Source: Promethearchaeia archaeon (GTDB taxonomy: Archaea > Asgardarchaeota > Lokiarchaeia > Sigyniarchaeales > SOKP01). Taken from it: DNA of 32,000 nt. Location of the stretch: NCBI GenBank assembly GCA_046497275.1, contig JAWOFX010000057.1, forward strand, positions 1 to 32,000, given 5' to 3'. The number at the start of each line of letters is the position of its first letter. The first letter of the stretch is position 1. Shown in pieces: positions 25,663 through 32,000 of this stretch. The notes under the pieces were generated by a model. It saw only the letters and a list, made by a program, of their open reading frames with translations. It made no database searches and was not told where the DNA came from. A program made the position numbers and the translations under genes.

Positions 25663-26784
25663 ATGACTCAAGAAAATAACGATGTTTATAAAACATTAAA
25701 AGAACATCTTGATACACTTCCAGTTGGCTATCCATCTACGGAGTCTGGAGTAGAATTAAAAATTTTACAAAATTTATTTACTCCCCAACAAGCTAAAATA
25801 GCTACAAAGCTTGATTTTATTGCGAAACCTTTAGAAAAAATTCATAGAAAGTTACGTAAAGAAAATCTATCGATTGAAGACTTGGAACAGATTTTAGATA
25901 AAATGTATTCTGAGGGGTTAATCAATAGAGGTGTGAATGAGGAACAAGGAAAAAAGGTTAAATATTACGCAAATGCTCCCTTTGCAATTGGGATTTATGA
26001 ATATCAATTAAATCGTCTAAATAAAGAATTCATTAAGTTGGCTGACCAATATTTTGAAGAGGCATTTATTGATGAATATAATACCTCGGGTATTCCACAA
26101 TTAAGAACAATTCCGATTGAACAAGCAGTTGAGACTACAAGAAGCGTAGCTACATACGATAATTTCAAGCAAGTTATTGAAGATTGTGGAGGTCCAATTG
26201 CAGTTGCAGAATGTATTTGTAAAAAAGAGAGAGATCTAATAGGCGATCCGTGTAAACAGACAGATCTTAGAGAAATTTGCTTTTCATTCAGAGGCGCTGC
26301 TAAACTATATGAAGAAAAAGGTTTAGGAAGATTTATTTCTAAGGAGGAAGCACTAGAGATTTTAGACCAGGCACAAAAAGATGGACTCGTTCTCCAACCA
26401 GGTAATTCTCAAAGACCAATGTGTATTTGTTGCTGTTGCGGATGTTGTTGTGGGATTTTAAGAAACCAAAAGAAATATGATGCGCCAGCGAAATTCTTTG
26501 CGACAAATTATTATGCTCAAGTGGAACCTGAATTGTGTATTGGATGTGGAGTTTGTGAAACTAGATGTAATATGGATGCAATAACAATCATAGATGAGAT
26601 TTCACATATAAATTTAGACCGATGTATAGGTTGCGGTGTTTGCGTTCCAACATGTCCAGAAGAGGCAATTTCATTACTCAAAAAGGAAGAAGAAATAATC
26701 CCTCCCAAAAATACAGTAGAAACTTACCAAGCTATTATGCATGGAAAAGCGAAAAAAGCGAGAACAGAAAAAAGAAATAATTAA
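25663..26784 (+). CDS. Cys-rich 4Fe-4S dicluster protein (paralogue B)
   Basis: CICKK...C...C, CCCCGCCC, CIGCGVCETRC and CIGCGVCVPTCP. Confidence 0.9.
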   Translation: MTQENNDVYKTLKEHLDTLPVGYPSTESGVELKILQNLFTPQQAKIATKLDFIAKPLEKIHRKLRKENLSIEDLEQILDKMYSEGLINRGVNEEQGKKVKYYANAPFAIGIYEYQLNRLNKEFIKLADQYFEEAFIDEYNTSGIPQLRTIPIEQAVETTRSVATYDNFKQVIEDCGGPIAVAECICKKERDLIGDPCKQTDLREICFSFRGAAKLYEEKGLGRFISKEEALEILDQAQKDGLVLQPGNSQRPMCICCCCGCCCGILRNQKKYDAPAKFFATNYYAQVEPELCIGCGVCETRCNMDAITIIDEISHINLDRCIGCGVCVPTCPEEAISLLKKEEEIIPPKNTVETYQAIMHGKAKKARTEKRNN

Positions 26785-26815
26785 AGCAATTAAATAATCT
26801 GTTATAAACTAAAAA

Positions 26816-28321
26816 ATGAGTGAAAAACCTAATATAATATATATTCTGCAGGATCACCATGCATGGTATGGGCATGGAAAGATGGTAGATGGTCCAGAAA
26901 TTCAGAGGCCAAATTTAAAGCGATTTGCTAAAGAGGGTGTGAAATTCACTCGAGCATATACTGCATGCCCTTTATGCGGACCAGCTCGACGTACTATGCT
27001 TACAGGATTATATCCTCATATTCATGGGGAAATCAAGAATGAAACAAATCATAAATATGATAAAGAACTTTATTTTGAGAAATTAAAGGAAGAAGGTTAC
27101 GATCTCTATTATTTTGGTAAATGGCATGCTGGAAGAGGTGTACCAATGGATTTCGGATGTAAAGGATTTTCAGTTCCAGGATATGGCAACCCTTATATTA
27201 CTCTAGAATATAAAGAATATTTAGAAAATAATAATTTACCACACTTCCAAGTGAAAATAGAACATAGTCTACTTGATCCAGATCATAATTATACCAAAAT
27301 TCTTGATGTATATGAAGGGCAAACTCATTCACCACATTTTGTTAGTTCATCAGAACATGCGAGCGGTCCAATGATCACTCCAAAGGAAACACACGAGGCA
27401 TTTTTTCTTTCGGATCTTGCTTGCGAACAACTTGAAAAGATTGCGAGAGCGGGAAATAAAGCACCTTTTCACATGAGAATTGATTTTTGGGGTCCCCACG
27501 AACCTTATTATGCTGCGCAAGAATTTATAGATTTATATGACCCAGAATCTATACCTGAACATCCTAGTTTCAGAGATGATTTGAGAAATAAACCAGAAAT
27601 ATATAAAAAAGATGTGAATTACCCAACCTCCGAAAACGGAGAATTAATTTATCCTAATCCATTACCATGGTCGGTTTGGCAAGAAATATTAGCTGCAAAT
27701 TATGGACAACAAACATTAATGGATGAAGCAATAGGAAAAATTCTCGATAAATTAAAAGAACTTGAATTAGATGAAAATACCATGGTGATCTGGACCTCTG
27801 ATCATGGCGATGCCGTGGCAAGTCATGGTGGGCATTTTGATAAAGATGCATACATGCCCGAAGAAATGATTCACATTCCATTCTTTATTCGATATCCTGG
27901 TAAATTACCTCAAGGAATCAAATCTGAGTATTTAATAAGTAATATCGATGTTGCCCCCACTATTCTGGATGCTGCGGGAACGGAATTTTCTGAAGCAATT
28001 CATGGAAAAAGTCTCTTATCTCTTTTTAATGAAGATGAGGTTAATTGGCGTGAAGATATAATGTGTGAAACTAATGGACATATTACAAAGCATTTAGGAC
28101 GTGCTCTAATTTATAAGAAATATAAATATATTTATAATGAAAATGATTTAGATGAACTTTATAACCTTGAGGAAGATCCTTATGAACTCAATAATCTAAT
28201 CAACAAACAAGAATATAAAGAGATCCTAAGTGATATGAAATCTCGATTGGATCGATGGAGAAACAGAACTAATGATACTGTGACTTTGGATATGATTAAA
28301 GGAAAAAAACTTAAAAGATGA
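26816..28321 (+). CDS. Formylglycine-dependent sulfatase-like hydrolase (Cys-type)
   Basis: PNIIYILQD, CGPAR (CxPxR) followed by MLTGLYP, GKWH, TSDHGD, HIPFFIRYP, ELYNLEEDPYEL. Confidence 0.93.
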   Translation: MSEKPNIIYILQDHHAWYGHGKMVDGPEIQRPNLKRFAKEGVKFTRAYTACPLCGPARRTMLTGLYPHIHGEIKNETNHKYDKELYFEKLKEEGYDLYYFGKWHAGRGVPMDFGCKGFSVPGYGNPYITLEYKEYLENNNLPHFQVKIEHSLLDPDHNYTKILDVYEGQTHSPHFVSSSEHASGPMITPKETHEAFFLSDLACEQLEKIARAGNKAPFHMRIDFWGPHEPYYAAQEFIDLYDPESIPEHPSFRDDLRNKPEIYKKDVNYPTSENGELIYPNPLPWSVWQEILAANYGQQTLMDEAIGKILDKLKELELDENTMVIWTSDHGDAVASHGGHFDKDAYMPEEMIHIPFFIRYPGKLPQGIKSEYLISNIDVAPTILDAAGTEFSEAIHGKSLLSLFNEDEVNWREDIMCETNGHITKHLGRALIYKKYKYIYNENDLDELYNLEEDPYELNNLINKQEYKEILSDMKSRLDRWRNRTNDTVTLDMIKGKKLKR

Positions 28322-28341
28322 TATATCTTTCAACCATAATT

Positions 28342-29478
28342 TTATCCAACAATTTTCTTAAAAACTCTAAGAAAATTCTCTCCCGTTATTTTTTGTATTT
28401 CCTCGTCGGTATAACCTCGTTTTATTAATCCTTTAATCAGATTGGGAAATTTTGTATAATTTTCAAAATCTTTCATTTTAGTGAGGAAACTTGCTTTATG
28501 TTCCGGTCGGAAGCCTAATTTCTCTATGAACTCCCCAATCTTTATAGCTAAATTATCAGGAACAGAGAATCCATAAAAATCAGTTCCTACCCCAACGTAA
28601 TCAATTCCCACGAGATTTTTTATATAATCAATATGATTTAACCAATGATCGATTGTTATTTCGGGATCATTACCAATAAATCCTGGCACCGTCAAAACTC
28701 CGATATATCCACCTTTATCTGCTATTTTTTTAATAATATCATCATTCTTCCCTCTATCATGTTCATAAAGCTCTTTTGCAAAAGTATGAGAAGCTATAAC
28801 TGGATCTTTTGAAACTTGAATCGCATCCAATGTAGTCTGGATACCACAATGCGATATATCTACAACACAGCCTAACTTATTAATTTTATTTACTACCATT
28901 TTTCCAAATTCGGTTAATCCTCTATCTCTTCTCGCTATACATCCGGTTCCTACTGGATTTTTAGTATTGTAAGTTAATTGCATTATTCGGACCCCCTTCA
29001 TATAATACAATTCAACCATATCAATGTTTTCTCCAATATGTTGCATACTTTGAAAGTTTAAGATTATAGCCTTTTTTCCTTCCTCTTTAGCAGATGTTAT
29101 ATCTTCAGTTTTTAATACTTTCTTGAAAAAATTATTTCGATGATCAAAGAGATAGGTCATTATTGCATAGTTATGAAATACACCTTCAAATGAATATGGA
29201 TTAGAATATAACGGACCAATCGTCCAACTTACACAATTTACGCTCGATTTTTCCCAAGCCTTTTTATACATCTCGTAATAATCATTATCTTCAACTATTT
29301 TTTTCGCAAATTTTGTAAGAATTTTTGGAATAATATCCCACGGGTTTATCCCTTTCGCAATCATATCATCGGAAAATTTTACTAAATCTTCACTCCAAGG
29401 CATCGGACCATGACTCAGTGAATCAATTATTACAGAGGAATCCAATATTTCTTTTAATTTTGTTTCAATTTCATTCAT
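28342..29478 (-). CDS. Membrane (renal) dipeptidase family M19-like amidohydrolase
   Basis: RIMQLTYN, GLTEFG, VDISH, ASH, GGYIG, VGVGTDF, KITGENFLRV. Confidence 0.88.
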   Translation of the reverse strand: MNEIETKLKEILDSSVIIDSLSHGPMPWSEDLVKFSDDMIAKGINPWDIIPKILTKFAKKIVEDNDYYEMYKKAWEKSSVNCVSWTIGPLYSNPYSFEGVFHNYAIMTYLFDHRNNFFKKVLKTEDITSAKEEGKKAIILNFQSMQHIGENIDMVELYYMKGVRIMQLTYNTKNPVGTGCIARRDRGLTEFGKMVVNKINKLGCVVDISHCGIQTTLDAIQVSKDPVIASHTFAKELYEHDRGKNDDIIKKIADKGGYIGVLTVPGFIGNDPEITIDHWLNHIDYIKNLVGIDYVGVGTDFYGFSVPDNLAIKIGEFIEKLGFRPEHKASFLTKMKDFENYTKFPNLIKGLIKRGYTDEEIQKITGENFLRVFKKIVG

Positions 29479-29620
29479 TTCTTATTTATAACTCTTAATG
29501 ATTAATTATAATATTATTTTAAACCAATTCTATTTATAAATTTTGGAAAAGATTTATAGGTCTTCTGAAATTGTAGATTAAGTAATTATATTTTCAAATT
29601 TAAATTATCGTTAGATATAT

Positions 29621-30025
29621 ATGAGAAATGAACACTCAACTGCCGCTATTGTTTTTCATGGAAATGAATATCTTTTGTTGAAATATGAAATGGGGCATTG
29701 GGGACTTGTAAAAGGCAATGTTGAAAAAGGAGAATCAGAAAAAGAAACAATAATTAGAGAATTAGAAGAAGAAACTGGAATTAAAGATGCGGAGATTATA
29801 GATGGGTTTAAAGAGACTTATGAATACTACTATAGGTTAGAAGGAAACCTTATCCATAAAACAGTTAATTGTCTTCTTATGGAATCTCATCAAAAAAAGA
29901 TAGAATTGAGTTATGAACATGTAGATTACGAATGGTTACCCTATGAAAAAGCTTTAGATCGACTAACTCATAAAAACACAAGACAAATTCTCAGAAAGGC
30001 ACATAAATTTATATCGGAGAGATAA
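29621..30025 (+). CDS. NUDIX hydrolase (Ap4A hydrolase-like)
   Basis: Nudix box GNVEKGESEKETIIRELEEETGI; LSYEHVDYEW. Confidence 0.92.
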   Translation: MRNEHSTAAIVFHGNEYLLLKYEMGHWGLVKGNVEKGESEKETIIRELEEETGIKDAEIIDGFKETYEYYYRLEGNLIHKTVNCLLMESHQKKIELSYEHVDYEWLPYEKALDRLTHKNTRQILRKAHKFISER

Positions 30026-30127
30026 GACAAAAGCTAAGAGTCTGGATCTTAATGGAGAAACCCATTTGTTTTAATGCAATTAATCTTTATTTCAATTTAA
30101 ATTAATAATTTAAACCATTACTATAAA

Positions 30128-31090
30128 ATGAAGAGAAATATCCAAGAGAGATATTTAAGCATTGATATTTTTAAAGGATTAATAATCTTGTTAATGGTGT
30201 TTGTTAATACTTTATCGATTTTTGATAATGTACCATCTTGGACCAAACATGCTCCAGATTACGGTCTTACTTATGTTGATTTAATTGCTCCGTTTTTTAT
30301 ATTTATGATGGCCTTAAATTCAAATATCTCTTTTGAAAAAAGAATCGAGAGAGACGGCTCAAGAAAAACATATTTTCATTTTATTCAACGTTACTTGATA
30401 ATAACTGGGATTGGATTGCTCTTGACTATGAATCCTGAATCAATTTTTCTATTTCGTTGGGGGATTTTGCAAGTTCTTGGGATTTCAGGATTAATTTTAA
30501 CGGTATTTATCAAGTTTAAAATTATAATCCAATCTGTTGTAGCTTCTATCTTTATTCTAATCCATCAATTAATAATATTATATTTTTTTGGGAACCATAT
30601 CTACAATGCCATTGAAGGCGGATTTTTCAGCTCACTGGGGTGGGGATCAATTATACTCTTCTCTTCGGTGTTGACTAAACATTTCTCATTTGATTCGAAA
30701 AACAAATATTTCATAATAGGAGGAATCATCTCTCTCTTGATAGGGATGTTCACATCATTAATATGGGGAATAAGTAGGTTTCGAATTACACTCCCTTTCG
30801 TTTTTATAAGTATTGGAGCATCTTCTTTATTATATTATTTATTTTATTTAATATTTGATAGATGGGAAAATAATTATGATTTTTTTAACCAAGAAAATTT
30901 TCTGAGTATTATGGGAAAAAATTCTTTTATCTTATTTATCCTTCATATCATCATTATTAATATTTTATATTATGTAATACCGCTTAATATTGATACTTGG
31001 CTTGTTTTTATCATAGGATTTTCCCATGGAGCAACAATTTGGCTTTTTTCTTATTTTCTCCATAAATTTGAGATCTATATAATTCTTTGA
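30128..31090 (+). CDS. HGSNAT-like (DUF1624/DUF5009) multi-TM acyltransferase
   Basis: RYLSIDIFKGLIILLMVFVN, WTKHA, TYVDLIAPFFIF, WGILQ. Confidence 0.85.
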   Translation: MKRNIQERYLSIDIFKGLIILLMVFVNTLSIFDNVPSWTKHAPDYGLTYVDLIAPFFIFMMALNSNISFEKRIERDGSRKTYFHFIQRYLIITGIGLLLTMNPESIFLFRWGILQVLGISGLILTVFIKFKIIIQSVVASIFILIHQLIILYFFGNHIYNAIEGGFFSSLGWGSIILFSSVLTKHFSFDSKNKYFIIGGIISLLIGMFTSLIWGISRFRITLPFVFISIGASSLLYYLFYLIFDRWENNYDFFNQENFLSIMGKNSFILFILHIIIINILYYVIPLNIDTWLVFIIGFSHGATIWLFSYFLHKFEIYIIL

Positions 31091-31217
31091 TCTATTATTC
31101 TCTCAATTTTTATAAAAAGAAAAATGAAAGTTGTTCGCAATACTATAACAAACAAGTAAAAAAAAAGATCTACTTTTTAGTATTTATTATTTTTTGTAAA
31201 CTAAAGAGGTTAAGAAT

Positions 31218-31484
31218 TTGTTTAACTCAAAAATAACTCAACCAGATTTAACCGAAAAAGCATTGAAAAATTTTGATAATATTAAGGAAGCAATCAAAGG
31301 AATTTATGAAATTCTAAAAATTTCTATTCCAGAAAAAGATTTTTATCTAAAAGTGGGTGTAGATAATATCACAGCATTATATCAAAATATTCTTGAATTA
31401 GCCTCTAATGAGTTAGGATTAAGAGAAATAATGCAAAGATTAGAGAATTCTGAAATTGAGCTTGATATTCCGTTGGATCTCTAG
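31218..31484 (+). CDS. Hypothetical protein, TTG start
   Basis: 88-aa ORF with SD-like GAGGT upstream; fills the gap between neighbouring genes. Confidence 0.65.
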   Translation: MFNSKITQPDLTEKALKNFDNIKEAIKGIYEILKISIPEKDFYLKVGVDNITALYQNILELASNELGLREIMQRLENSEIELDIPLDL

Positions 31485-31523
31485 TTCTGAATAATAAAAA
31501 AATATTAGTAGATTTATTAAAAA

Positions 31524-32000
31524 TTATTTTAAAATTTTGCCTGTTTCTAAGTACCATAAATATAAATCTAATTCCGCCATATTTAACTCTAGAGTTTCTC
31601 CGAGTTCTTTTAATACCTCTTCTATTTGTAAATAATTCTTTTTTGTCATTGTTTTAGGGCGTCTTACTAATTCATGGCGCTCAAGCAAATCTACAATGTG
31701 AAAATCTACAATGGCATAATCTTTATAACCGATATTTCTTAGAAAATGACTACTTTCTTTATATCCTAAACCTTTAATATTTTTTACAACCCAAGATCGT
31801 AATTCATCTCCTCTTAAAGAAATTAAGGCATCCTCTAATTGTTTGATATAATTTCTGGATTCGGTTATATAATTTGCACGTACATTTGGAAATCGATAAC
31901 CTAAATCTTTGAAGGTAGCAGAAAGTTCCTCCTCAGATAGAGTGAGAAAATCTTCTCCTATTGTTTCATGGATTTCGATACAACGATCAGCAGGGCAATT
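31524..32000 (-). CDS. ogg: N-glycosylase/DNA lyase (archaeal 8-oxoguanine DNA glycosylase), 5' end beyond window; not in ORF track
   Basis: Open frame ...LGYRFPNVRANYI...KGLGYKESSHFLRNIGYKDYAIVDFH...ELDLYLWYLETGKILK*; HhH Lys and downstream Asp present. Confidence 0.92.
   Translation of the reverse strand, partial: NCPADRCIEIHETIGEDFLTLSEEELSATFKDLGYRFPNVRANYITESRNYIKQLEDALISLRGDELRSWVVKNIKGLGYKESSHFLRNIGYKDYAIVDFHIVDLLERHELVRRPKTMTKKNYLQIEEVLKELGETLELNMAELDLYLWYLETGKILK

Noticed and set aside
16109-26784. Invertible segment bounded by the two opposite Fe-S genes
   Set aside because: The 5' ends show many synonymous and non-synonymous differences, no long identical tract was seen, and no recombinase is present
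852-31484. Short ORFs in the track antisense to or nested in long genes (e.g. 852-1244, 1341-1523, 2380-2676, 2466-2648, 2900-3166, 6292-6501, 6717-6995, 7246-7428, 12330-12569, 13841-14107, 18004-18198, 19364-19615, 19954-20151, 20559-21326, 23169-23351, 24952-25218, 26517-26708, 27654-27881)
   Set aside because: They overlap well-supported genes and have no recognisable motifs; they are shadow frames
1-32000. Selenocysteine read-through, CRISPR array, tRNA or rRNA
   Set aside because: TGA stops occur at plausible protein ends with no continuing homology, and I saw no regularly spaced repeats or GC-rich structured RNA segments; a covariance-model search was not possible

Overview
AT-rich, gene-dense archaeal DNA. 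The gene content (longin-like protein, HEAT+LRR protein, expanded crotonase, MFS and Fe-S paralogues, U-rich terminators, archaeal Ogg) suggests an Asgard archaeon, probably Lokiarchaeia; this taxonomy is inference. The window carries mostly organic-matter and acyl-CoA metabolism genes: two crotonase-family enzymes, two hotdog thioesterases, a thiolase, two Cys-rich Fe-S proteins, a sulfatase, an M19-like amidohydrolase and four MFS transporters. The most striking gene is a ~990-aa glycyl radical enzyme (GCVE/RVSGY motifs) fused to an N-terminal SCP2-like lipid-binding domain, with no activase in view. I also found ORFs absent from the supplied track: a transposase C-terminus, a 50-aa protein, a B-box-like zinc-finger membrane protein apparently starting at ATT, and a truncated ogg. 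A HepT/MntA toxin-antitoxin pair has a frameshifted toxin and altered motifs. No rRNA, tRNA or CRISPR array was recognised. All family assignments come from reading motifs by eye, without database searches.
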